DNA of 64,000 nt from Blastocystis sp. Blastoise. Its lineage: Eukaryota > Protista > Bigyra: Opalinata. The stretch lies in contig JBBPEB010000013.1 of assembly GCA_039096225.1 (NCBI GenBank), positions 806,001 to 870,000 on the forward strand. Direction: 5' to 3'. The stretch's first letter is position 1. Each line of letters begins with the position of its first letter. Below the pieces are notes generated by a model. It saw only the letters and a program-made list of their open reading frames with translations, did not search any database and had not been told where the DNA came from. Positions 12,115 through 28,054 of the stretch are shown here, in pieces. Position numbers and translations under genes: made by a program.

Positions 12115-13590
12115 GTTAAAATTTGAACAACAATAAATTTAAAACAAATAAATAAAATGTTTTACTAAAGAATCACAAAATCTTAAGAAATGTCTTACTT
12201 GAATATGTCAATTTCTATTGGTAATCTTATGTCTTTTGTTAATTCAATTTTGTCTTTGTTTTGAGCATCTAGTGAAATCCGGTTATTTCTTCATTCTCTC
12301 TGATAAACACGGATTTATTCGCGATTATACGAAATTGAATAAGAATGCTGTAAGAATACAAAAGAGATGACGACATACCCCTGTTATCAGTATTTCATTG
12401 GTGAATAATCTAACTTATAAAAAGACAATGAAACTATTAAAACGATTCAATTTATTTTCAATTTTTGACATTATAAACAGCATATTGTATTAATTTATAT
12501 GCTGATTATAATATAAAAATAAATTTAGACTATATTTAATAAGAAAAGGGAAATTTGTTTCTTGTTTAAGGTAATTCTAGTTGATTTTTGAAGAATAGTT
12601 ATTATAAATGAAAGGTATTACTCCAACTCAAAATGTCATTGCAGAAAATATATGGTACATAGAGAGAGAAATATTTTGAAAGAAATAACTTTGAAGCAAA
12701 ACTATCTTTAAACATTAATATATATGAGTTTCTTCTTAGAAATTTCTGTCGTATTTAAAAATAGTATGTTTAAATCAGTCTATAATATAAAATGAAAAGG
12801 ATTATTCATCTTCTAGGATTATATGCACAAATATATTCAATTTTTTTGATAGCAACAGACTGCTTTACATTGTTACATTGAATTTATCAGGTATTCAGAT
12901 AGACTGATTGATCACCAATAGGTCAATACTCGTTAAGGAAGTATATAAATAGTTTAAAATCATTGTATATATTAATATAATAGCAACTCAAAAATTATTG
13001 TTGTTTTTAACTGTATGTAAGAGAAACCAATTGGGAACATGACCACATCTAAGCATAAAAATAAAATAAAATGCATCTCTATAGTTTAGAAAACCCTATA
13101 TAGTTACTTGAACTAATGTGTGTGTTTGTAATTGAGATCTAAAAATGGAATACTTTGTAACAAAACACTTCTACATGACCCACAAATAGGTTGGAAAAAT
13201 ATCTCTCTTTAAAACAATATTTATTTTCTAAAAAATCATACGAATAAAGATTTAAAAAATATATATGAAATGGTGAAAAAATGTTTTTATTGTGTAAAGT
13301 TCTAATATTCTTTAAAAATTATTTATATAATATCAGTTGTGTTTATTTTTGTTATACATTCGTATTATTGTAATATATAAACGATTTAATCAGTAATGCT
13401 TTGTAGTTATCCAATTTAATTATTAGTTGTATAGAATATTTTTTATAAAAACATTAGGAGTGTATAATCCATATTATCCAACACATTAAATTTGTTTTAT
13501 ACTATTGTTTTAATCATTAATTATACTACTGTTTCTTTAGTTTATAACTATTTAAGACTCATATACATAACAATAAAAATAGAAATACAA

Positions 13591-13674
13591 GCCAGTTTGT
13601 CCGAGTGGTCCAAGGAGGGGGACTTAAGATCCCTTATGCGAACGCATGCGTGGGTTCAAACCCCACAGCTGGCA
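13591..13674 (+). tRNA. tRNA-Leu(TAA)
   Basis: Acceptor GCCAGTT/AGCTGGC+A, D-loop CCGAGTGGTCCAAGG, anticodon loop CT-TAA-GA, long variable arm ATGCG-AA-CGCAT, T-arm GTGGG-TTCAAAC-CCCAC, downstream T-run terminator. Confidence 0.95.
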
Positions 13675-14033
13675 ATTGTTTTTTTGAAAATAAAAAGATT
13701 GTCTTTTTTTTGTTACCTATTTTTTTTAGTATATTCACATTAAAATTCATATTAAAAGTGATTACGAACTTGAATTAAAAAGTATAAGCTAAATTAATTT
13801 GTTTCATTCAATGATAGAAAAATATATTTATTTAGTTAAAATCACGTTTTCTAGACGTTTTCCTGATCTATCGTTTAAAAAAAGAAAATACAAATCATTA
13901 GGATAACAATTCAGCTTGAAAACAAATTAAAATCCAAAGAAAACTAATTAAATATAGTTTTTCACTTTTTTGTATATGAATGAAACTGACTATTTCATTT
14001 TAATTTCATTTTCTTTGAATATATTATATTTGA

Positions 14034-15470
14034 ATGGCAACTTTATTAAACTATAACATGTAAATGAACTTAAATAATCGATTTATGTTTCTATAGACAA
14101 AGTCCTCTTTTGAATACCATTGATGGTAATCCTATATTGTAAGTTTTAGACAATCTTGAATAACAAAACATTATTGAAGAATGGAGGAAATTTATATTTT
14201 GATTTGTATAGATCAAATACAATACCAACGTTTCAATATCAGATTCCAAATTCATACTCTTCTTTTCAACCTCAAAATGAGATACAGGATATATCGACAG
14301 AAGTTGAACATCAGGATACTCATTGTGATACAGATATATCTTCATCAGATGCATATAAGCAAGTAATGAATCAATCAGTAGTAGATGTGAGCGATAAAAA
14401 AGGATCAAAAGGATATAATCTGAAATCAGTGTATACGAGTCATGGTATCGAAATGTATGCAAATACCCCAAATGTTTGGTATATGTTTCTATAATACATT
14501 TATGTTTATCTTATTATTATCTTTGTTTTTATAGGGATCCAGACAATGTATGTATTTCTTTTAAGGATAAATAATATATGTTTTTATATTTAGTTTCTGT
14601 TTCAAGGTATAACAGAGGCCGATTATAGTATATATATGAAATTGAAAAACTTTTATGTTTGTGCAATGATGTCAATTGTTATCGCTTTTTTCATTATAGT
14701 ATATATCTATTATATATTCTCTATATAGTACAAAGTATATGCTATACATAGTAATTTCATTTATACTATAATTATAAAAATATATATGGTTTGAATTAAT
14801 AATAATTTATATATTTATGTACATATTGAAGAATATATAATAATCTACAAATATATATATTTCCTTTATGTATGAATAAAGATCTCCTTCTATATAGTTG
14901 ATAGGTATAATTATATTTTCAATCGATAACTTTATTGCATTATCAAAATATTGTTATTATTCCCTTCTTCCTGTTTTCTTAGCATTTATTAATATTTTTG
15001 CTCTATCTGTTTTTATTGAAGTTGTTGTATATATATATATGTTAATATTATTTGTATTTTACTCTATAATATATATATAATTATATGAATATTGATGCTT
15101 ATAGTGCCTTATTGGAAGTATGTGTGCAATTGTGTATCATATCTATTTATATATTCAGAATATTGGTTTTATTTCAGCCATTTCTGTAGATATCTTTTAT
15201 ATATTCTTTTGTATTAATTCATGTGCTTTAATTCATTTCTATTCAAATTATGAAAAAAGTATGATATATATATGCATAGTTTATTATTTTTTATATATTA
15301 CATATATCAAATTTGTATATATATTTTTTCTTTTTAATTTTATAAAAACATTTATTATCTATTCATTATTCTACATACTCTTTGATATATATATAGAAGA
15401 TTTTTCTAATACTTTTAAGATCGATAATCAAATGCGTCATAATCGTAGTCAAATTATTTCTATTCACTGA
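14034..15470 (+). CDS. Hypothetical multi-exon membrane protein
   Basis: ATG at 14034, short GT-AG introns, hydrophilic exon ~14150-14478, then several hydrophobic exons. No family recognised; boundaries approximate. Confidence 0.5.
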
Positions 15471-15995
15471 TAATCTAATTGAAACCATATTTATTGTTAA
15501 ACTTTTTTCTATTATTATTATAATGTTTTTCTATAATTTCTTATCTAAATACTAGTAAATTTAAATATTTTATAACAGATAATATCACTGATTTGTTTAA
15601 CAACACAATATATAAAAATTTATTGTTTTAAATGATTCTTGATTATATAAGGAGGCATTTGCTCTTTGAATGCCCTAACGATTAATAGAATGAACTTGTA
15701 CAATGTATTATAGAAACACATAATATATAAAAAACAAAAAAATTACTAATAGAGACGAAATTCAGAATGATATTCAAAACAATTAGTAATCCAAATGGAT
15801 TACATTTTAATAGAACAAACTGATTCATTGTTTAGAATAATTTATTAAAAATTTATTGTTATCAAATAGCAAAACTCGTAACTTGTTCATGATTAAAAAA
15901 GTAAAAAAAATTAAAAAGTGTATCTTTTTTCGTTTATTCATTATCATATTGCTATTATTTTTTCTGAAACAACAAAATAGCACATACTACATTGG

Positions 15996-18300
15996 ATGCA
16001 GATGATTCCATATAATGTAAAATGTTGGAAACTTGAGTTATTAGGACTCACATCTTCAATTCCTCATTTTGTAAGTATCTTAATAATGAATTTAATCAAT
16101 ATAGATTATACTGTATCACAATACTATAACTGGAACAAGATATGTAACCTATAATGGAATCAAGGTATTTATTTTTCTTGTTTTTTGTTATTCTTTAGTT
16201 GATCGAGACTGAGTGTGTCTCACCGATATCATTGAGTAAAGTTCATGTTGATAGAATTGACTTTCGTATTGCAGAATCAGTGATTACCTTGTTTATTAGT
16301 TATATCTCTTTATTTCAATGTGAATATAGGTATAATAGTATTACTATTCTTTACTCTAATAAGAATTATACGTAGATGTCTCTGTAATAATCAAATTGTT
16401 TATGAATTTCATGAAACTAGCTTATTCAATGATCCGAATCCTCTTTTTGTTATAGATAAAGTTGAAATAAAGAGTTATTATGTTAAAACACATTATATGT
16501 CAAATTCAGTTGTTTATTTTGATTTCTATGGTATTTTCCCAAAGAAAAAACAGAATGCTTTTTTATGTGATCATTCTATATCTTCTATTTTTCGAGTATT
16601 TATATTAACTATAACTATAATATTTTTGATATATTTCAAGATATGTTATTACTTCATTTTTGTATTGATATATTCTTTATATTATTATGAATAGTAATAC
16701 TATATATACTATAGTTATTTAATGATTTGTTGACATATTATAAATCCTTCAATAAATCCTTATCTATGATCCACATTCCTTCGAAATTCTTATATTACTT
16801 TTGTTCTGGCCAATCCGATTCATTTATGGAAAAAAGGAAACAAGAATTGAATTCAACGTTTCAAGAACTTCTTCATTATGTATTTATTAAGAATAATCCA
16901 AGTATATATTATATAGTATTGTTATATTATAAGAATATAAAAACTATGTATTTGTTATTATAACTAATTTACAATTATTTCATTTATTTTTTATTCAATA
17001 AAATTACTTATCTTCTTTTTATTACTGAAAGTATTGTTTTAATAATTCAGAGAATATTCGTTCTGATTTTATTCATATAATAAAATATATTATATACAAT
17101 ACTCTCTATGATATAAATAATTCTATTTATATATATGTTATAGTACTATATTTGATATAAATAATTCTATTTATATATATTATAGTACTATATTGTTTTC
17201 TTCATCCTCTCTCTCGAAGTCAATCGAAGGCTCTTCTTTCATTTACACATATATATACACAATTTCAATATCCTATTCATCTTCAAGAATTCTTTGTATA
17301 TATTTATATTAATTCAATTATATATAAATTTATTTGTTTATTCAATTATATATATATATTTAATTATATATATTTATTCATTTAGTCAATTATATAATAA
17401 TATTTATATATTTATTCATTCAAATATATATACATTCTACTATTTATTATATTTAAGTATTTTTAGAATTATTGTCAATAAAGTATATTCTATATATAGA
17501 TAGCTAAAGCATTTTCTACTCATTTTATTAATATACGTTTCTCTTTTACAACTAATGTATATATATATCATTTATTATTCTTTGCAATATTGCTATCTAT
17601 TTTGTTTTTTTTCATTATTAGATTTACATAATTTTTATATACTTGTGTATGAAAATTTTCATATAAATATTAATAATTATATATTATTATCTTATTCAAT
17701 ATATATCTCTTCTCTCTATATATCATTATATATTAATATCTTCTTTTTAGTATTTATCTGTTCTCTATACATACATACCTATATATAATTATATAGAATC
17801 CTCTTATTATATATATATCTTCTAGGGTGAAATTGGCATATCTGGTTTTTACCATAGTCCAAATAGTAGTATATATGATAAAGACCCCGAAGATCTTCTT
17901 CTTTTAGGAGATTTATTAATCTATGTGAATCAACATAATATATGTGGATATACACTAGAAGAACTATCCTTTTTATTACGTACTTCATCTCTCCCTATTG
18001 ACCTCACTTTTGTGTATATTATTATTATTTATCATATCTATATATATATAATTTATATATATTAAAATAAAAATTTAAAATAATTCTAAATATAATAAGA
18101 ATATATGTATTTAATAAAATAATTCAGTTATTTTCATTTATTATAACTAATATTTGAAATGTTTCTTTAGACGTCGAAATAAAGTTCCTTCTTTTACAAC
18201 AGATATAAAAAATGTATATATATGTTTTCACTATTATATTTAATTATTCTTTCTCTAGCTTTGTAAACATATGACTGAAACACTATCAAACAGTAATTAA
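15996..18300 (+). CDS. PX-domain-like protein with possible C-terminal PDZ-like segment, multi-exon
   Basis: VVYFDF...FNDLLTYYKSF...HIPSKFLY...DSFMEKRKQELNSTFQELL resembles a PX domain; GDLLIYVNQ...LPIDLTF resembles PDZ. Linkage of all exons into one gene is inferred. Confidence 0.5.
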
Positions 18301-18975
18301 GGTCACCATAATCCATTCTTTCTACTCCTCAGTTTCATTCACTAAATATCGTACATTTTATTTAACTTTTTTTTTATCATTCTTTTGATACTCTTTTTCT
18401 TTTGTCAACTTTTGATATTTACAACATTTAAAATTCAGTATTGTATTATTTCTTCTTTAAGTTTTCATTTCAGAAGTTTTTTTTTCATTTTTTTCCCTGC
18501 TTGCATTATATATTGTATTTAGTTTGTTTTAACTTGCATATTTAAATTAAAAACAATGTATAAGCAGATTCAATTATAAAAAAAGAACATTTGTTTGAAC
18601 AATTGCATAAATATGATTTTCTATTTTGCAAATATTTATAATAAAGCATCAGTTAAAATAAAGTTTGAGTTATAAGAGTTTACAACTCTGAAGATAACAT
18701 AAAATCATCGAGGAGTTCAAAGCAATATATAAAAAAATGCCTCTATTCTTACAAGTCATGTGTCCCATGAATCTAGAAGCGACAAAAAGTTAACATGTTT
18801 GATTTTCCCAATAAAGCCGAGTATTCGAGGAATTTTAATTAAATGTGCGATTTTTGAAGAGATCCTTCTGGTTATTGATTTTGTTTATAAAAGAACATAG
18901 GTTTGTTTGAATAAAAAAATATTAATTAATTTATCTCGTTGGAGGGACTTTGAATACTCACATTATTGCGTGAAG

Positions 18976-19699
18976 ATGTCTACAAATAAAAAGATCGTAT
19001 TACCAAAAGATCAGGCAACTACTTTAGAAAAACGATTGAAGAGTTCTGACAATGGTAGTTTACAAAAGTATAGTTTTTAGTAAGTCATTTAGCTATTTGA
19101 TTTAGATATAAGATTGTTGCTTTGGGAGATACTGGTGTTGGTAAAACTTCGATTATTACTCGTTTTCTTTATGATACTTTCGATACAGCTTATCAAGTAT
19201 TTCTTTAGCTTTTCATTATTTTCATCTTCCTCTTATTTTGTTCATCATTATTTCGATATATATTATTTCTTTAATATAGTCAACAGTAGGAATCGATTTT
19301 GTTTCGAAGACCGTTATTGTTAATGAAAAGGCTATTCGACTTCAAATATGGGATACTGCTGGCCAAGAGTATATTTATTCTATATATATTAGTTGTGTTT
19401 AAAAGTAATGATTCTTGTTTTTAGACGTTTTAAGAGTCTTGTTCCTGGATATGTTCGTGGTTGTGATGTCGCTGTTATTGTCTTTGATTTATCTGGTATA
19501 TATTTGTGTTTTTATGTTTTTTTTTAATAATTTTTTTTATATTTTATAATTTTAAAGTATTAAAATATTATATATATATATATATATAGATGTGACAACA
19601 TTGACTCATTGTAAGGATTGGGCGAATCTTGTTCGTAATGAGAAAGGAGATGATGTTATATTATATATAGTAGGAAATAAGGCTGATCTTTGTCAAACT

Positions 19700-19747
<48 letters not shown>

Positions 19748-19848
19748 ATCTTTAAATACAATAGTTTTCTATTTTATATTATTTATATTCATTCTGTTTT
19801 ATTGAAATTATTTTTATATTGACTTTTTAATATATTCATATTTTCTTT

Positions 19849-19879
<31 letters not shown>

Positions 19880-20349
19880 TAATAATAAATATAATAAAAA
19901 TATAATAATAATAATAATAATAATAATATGTATATATATAGAAAGGTAACTCAATTAGATGCTGAGAAAGTAGCTAATGAATTGAATGCTACATTCTTAG
20001 AAACTTCTGCTAAGCATGGATATAATATCGATAAGTTATTTAATACTATTGCTATGACATTACCTGGACTCTCAACACAAGAAGAAGAATCATGTATATA
20101 TTATATTATAATAATAAATATAATAAATATAATGAATATAATAAATATAATAATAAATATAATAAATATAATGATAAATATAATAAATTAATATAATAAT
20201 AAATATATAATAATAATCAACATAATAATTATATAATAATAATAAACTGAATCCATATACCTATATATATAGGTGTAAAAGTGAATCTTTCAGCACAAAA
20301 GCCTAAAGCTGCTGAAGCTGCTGCCAAAGAAGGAAATTGTGCATGTTAA
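18976..20349 (+). CDS. RAB6: Rab6-family small GTPase, multi-exon
   Basis: [66 protein letters not shown]-terminal CAC prenylation motif. Confidence 0.9.
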
Positions 20350-21749
20350 ACATATATATCTATAGAATTCTTGTTTAACAATGATTTTCTTCTTTTTTCT
20401 TATCCTCTATGTATATTTATGTATTCTCTAATCTATGTTTTCTATTATCATTAGGATTATGTCTATGTTTTTTGAATTACTATATACATAATTTTTCTTA
20501 TTATTATATATCTTTTTTTTTTCTTATTTTTATATTCACTTGCATTTTTTTTTCATTATTTTTTTTTCACATTTTTATATTTTGTATTATGTATCTACAT
20601 TTATATATATATATTGTCATATTTCTAAAAGAATATTATTCTTATTATATATTTCTAATTTTTTTTTATATTATATTTTCTATTTCTTTTTTTTAACTCA
20701 TTTTTTTTTATTGTTTAATTCTTGGAACTTCATTCAGTTTCTTTTTTTTTATTACTTTTCATTATTTATTATGTATATTCTCTTTTTTTAAAGATATTTT
20801 AATGTATCTTTATTTGATTCGTTATACATTATTAACATTAATATATACTTTGCTTCTATATACTAACGTGTAAGTGTTTCTATTGTTCTCGCTTGTTTTT
20901 TATTGGCTAAGATAAACTTCTGTTATATCTATTTTGATCGATAAAAACACAGTACATATATATATTTCTTATCTTATATTTTTTTGTATATATATAATGT
21001 TTTGTTAATTATTTCATACTCTCTCTTATATCTATTTTTTTTTTCTATATATTTCTTTATTACTACTATATATATAATATATATATTTTTTGTATAATTC
21101 CTTTATTTTTTTTCTCAATTCATCTTTACATTATTTATTCCTTCTATATTACACATTATATTCATGATTTCTTTTATATGGTATAAATACAAATTTCTTA
21201 TTCTTCACATATAATCATTTCATTTCCTTATTTGTAAATGTTTTTTTATTAATATATAATTATAACATTTTTCTTTTTTTTTTTGTTAACATTAGTACCT
21301 TAGCTCTATATATATTATATATACATACTATCTTTCTAAGCCTTATCTTTGTTCATTTCTTTTTAATATATATAATTTCTCTTTTTTTTTTAAACATATA
21401 TATAGTCTTGTCATACTATTCTTTTTGTATAACTTATCATCATGTATTTTTTATTTAAGTATTTCAATCAGTAGTTTTGTTTTCTTTGTAAAGCTTATAC
21501 TAAACAAATGTAAATAATCACATATTATAAAATTATTATTTATTATGAAGCTAAAAAAAAAATTAAAATATAGCAAAATTGACACACATTTATAAATATG
21601 AACAAGTATATATCTAAAAGAAAAGTAGAAAGAGAAAAAGTGGAAAATGACTGTATACATAACTGTAGAAAAGAAGAAACAGAAAGAATATGTATATAAA
21701 ATGTTCATAAGAATAGATTCAAAATAAAATTAAATTAGATAATGAAAAC

Positions 21750-24301
21750 TTAATCTGTTTTATAGGTACCTTGTAAATCAAGCATACACTTTTCAGAATC
21801 GCAGAATGAGATTTCAGAAGGATACATATTAAGTTCTGTACCATTATTTTTATGTTCTTCAATACCAGATCCGAAAGATTTTTTACTATTAGAAGATTTT
21901 AATTTATTAGAACGTATTTGGAATGGATTTAATTTCTTTTCATTATTATTAAGAACTGATTCTACAGCTATAGACATAGCTTTAGGAGAAGAAGGAGTAG
22001 TAAGAGTTTCTTCTTCTTCAGTCCAAGAAATAGGTAAAAGATTTTTACTCATTTCAATATATTGTTCTTCTGTAATTTCTTGATAAGGAATTTGTGGATA
22101 ACAAGATAAATCACATTTAGGTAAACACGAAATACCTTTTAATTGATATTGGAAATAATCTAAACATTTTTCAACCATATTTGATTCTGTTTTAGGATCA
22201 AATGTGACAGTACAACTAACTTGATTATCAGCCCAATATTTCTGTAAGAAAGCAGCTAAAGAGAATTGTTCAAAAATCGATACTTCATCAATAACACGAA
22301 CATTTTTACCCGCACAAACAGGGAATTCTACAACAACTAATTGATTTTCTTGTCCAACAGCAGGTTCTATATGATATCCGGCATGTTCTAAAGCAGGTAA
22401 CATATCACTATCTTTAGGGAAACGTACACGACGTATATAAAAACGACCTAATGGATAATGCATACCAGGAGTAGCACCAGCTAATAAAGATACAGTACCT
22501 GAAGGTTTAATAGAAGTAGTTTTAATAGATCGAGGTACACATAACCATTCACTATATACATCATCCCAATGTTGAACTGTATTATATCCTTCATCCATCC
22601 ATTCACGTAAATCTTCTAAACTATGTTCAGATAAGAATTGAGCTACACCAGAAACAGAACAACCTATTCTACGATTTCTTAACATAACTCTATTAGTTTC
22701 AGGCCAATGAGTCATTCCTAAAGTAACTGTCTTTGCATATAAATAAGCAAATTTCAAAGTACGTTTATATTCTTGTAAAGAATTATGTCTAGCAGGAAAT
22801 GTTTCGACTAAACAACATAATTCATAAGATTCTAAAGATTGTTCTAAACATGGATTTCCACCTTTAACTCTATATATATATATATATGTTAGAAACATGT
22901 AGTATTATATTTTATAAAGATAAAAAATATAATATTGTGAACATTCTAATAATATAGCATTACTCAAGCTCTAATACAACTTATAATGAAGTAGATAGGG
23001 TAGTTATGTAATGCATTAGTAAATATTATTTATAATCATAGCATATTAATATATATATATATATGTATTATATATATATACCTTTTATCTTTATAATCTT
23101 TAGGATCAGCCATTCTACCATAAGCTCTCATATTCTCTAACCAACATAAACCAGGTTCACCATTTATACATATACGACTAGCTATTTGATGATAATTCAT
23201 ACCTAAACGAGCAAAAATACTATTATTAGAAGTCCAGCCATAGGAAGAACGATGAGGATTTATCTCATAATTCTATATATATGTTATTATAGTATATATT
23301 TTTAATTTAATTGTTATTAAAAAAAAAAGAGAGAGAGAAAAAAAAACACTTTATATAACTACCTTTAAATCTAAGAAAGCATCATCATTTTCTTCTCCAA
23401 AAGCGATTTCAGCACAACGAATATTACCAACCCCAATAACACATTTACCAATATAATTAAATAAATCAACAATTAAAGTAGAAGATAACTTTTTACCAAT
23501 CTATATAAATTGAATACATAAATAATACATATACTTAATAGAATAATAAATAAATATATATACATCTTGTGTTAATAATTTTACTATTTGTTCATGAAGA
23601 TCAATAAGTGGTTTTGGACCTGAAGATTTACCGCCATATGTCTTTAAATCTTCACCAGCAGTACGAATATGTGAATAATCAAAAGTAATTCCAGGAAGAC
23701 GTTGTCCATTTTCACCAAAATAAGATAAAATCAGATCACCAACTGATTTAACCCATCCTTCACGGCTATCTTCAATTTCATATACAACACGTTCTAAAGA
23801 AGGATCAGGACCAACAATAGTTACTTTATTTGCTCCTTTAGTATCAAAACCAACACCTACACCCAGCATAGTAGCATCCATTAAGAACTCAAATGGCTTT
23901 GATAAATCAACATCAATATTCTCTGTAGACACAAAAGCACAATTATTTAAAGCAGCAGCTAAATTCTTTTGATGAATAATAGGTGTTCCCATACAATATA
24001 AACCACGACCAGGAGGAAGAAACTTCATATTAAAGATCATATCGTACATTTCTTCAGCACTTCGTTCACCTTGTTCATCATTCCAACCTAAATGATATTG
24101 CTCAATGTGATTTTTCTGAATAGAATAGGTGCCTTCAACAACACGACGAACAGTTTCAAACCAATCTTCTTTGTGTCCATTGATGGTTCTAGAATAAGTT
24201 CTTCTATAAATAGTTTCACCTAATCCATTAAATCCGAAAGGAGCTTTCTTATGTCTATATTGCTCAACAAAATCATCATTCAAACTAAACGAATATTCCA
24301 T
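21750..24301 (-). CDS. nrdJ: Class II (adenosylcobalamin-dependent) monomeric ribonucleoside-triphosphate reductase, 4 exons
   Basis: PPGRGL, ALNNCAF, GVGVGFD, TSNNS, GEPG, NPCLEQSLESYELCCLVE, IKPSGTVSLLAG, WADNQVSCT and C-terminal redox pair FCDSEKC; three GT-AG introns. Confidence 0.93.
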
Positions 24302-25392
24302 TTTTCCTATAGACTACTTAGTATGTATATAGACCAGAGATATACTATTATTTCGAAAAAAGATGATTTTTCAATTTCTTCAAATATAATAAAAAATAAC
24401 TTATCAATCTGTTGTTCATTCTATTTTCCCAGACAAAAATTCCCGCTTCTTTTCGAGTCGGTGGGTTTTTTGTGGAAGTCTTTCGGGTTTCTAACCAATC
24501 ATTTCGTTCCAGAAAGTTCTCAAAACTTCTTCATTTGGAAAGGTCTTTATTATGCCTCCAAAATATTTTAAAATTACCCACCAAACAATAGAATTGGATC
24601 TTTTTCAGATTTTTTCAGACACTTTTTCTTTTTTTGGTGGTGGTTTGACTATATTATGTATCTTTTCTTATGAAAAACATATTCAGAGATCTATGTGGGA
24701 TAGGATAATGCATGGAGTGAATTAAGAGGTGATTCGTAGCGATTTAAAATAATTTGTGGAATTATTTGGAAATAAAAATCTCTATTACTATCTTATAAAT
24801 TAGTTTCTAAAAGTATACATTAATCAAACAAATAACAATGATACTCAAAGACTAATTAAAGTAATTTATTTTGAATTGTATGAAAAAATACAAAGAAAAT
24901 CATATTATGTTGTATTATTTGTTTTACTTAGACTCTTGTAGAGTACTGTAAGTTAGTATATGAGATTATGAATTTCAGAACATCATTTTTTCCAACTAGT
25001 TTGTTTTTCAAGTTATATTTGTGTTGTATATACTTATTATTGGTCAATTTTTTCTAGAACAAGTTAATAGAAATGATAGTTGAGATATCGGGATTCTATG
25101 TATATGCATATATTATATGCTTTTTAAAAATATATATAGAACAACTTTTTGGTTGAAAGATTATATATGCAAATAATAAAAGCTATATATATTATTATTT
25201 CAACTAAAGTCAAATATATAAAAAAAAATAGAATGAGAAACTGATTTCAAGAAAAAAAAGATATAAATTGAATGAATTGATAATAAAAAAAATCAGAAAA
25301 ATGGAAAATAATCAGGAGAATGTATTTAGGATCTACACTATTATAAAAAGAAGAAATGAATAATGAGTTGATTACTTTATAGTAAGGATAAT

Positions 25393-27856
<2,464 letters not shown>

Positions 27857-28054
27857 TATAATATTAAAATAGCTTCTACACTTATGAATAATATATCCAT
27901 TCAACTATGAATCAGATGAATTCACCAATTTTCAGATTTCCTTGAAATAATCTGAATGAAAGTCAGACACTAATTGCTTTTTTTGTTATCTATAGAATTC
28001 ATTATTTGTATTTGTCTTATTATAAACATTATTTGAAACTCTTGAAAACAAATA

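Noticed and set aside
13492-13743. 83-aa ORF
   Set aside because: Overlaps tRNA-Leu; spurious.
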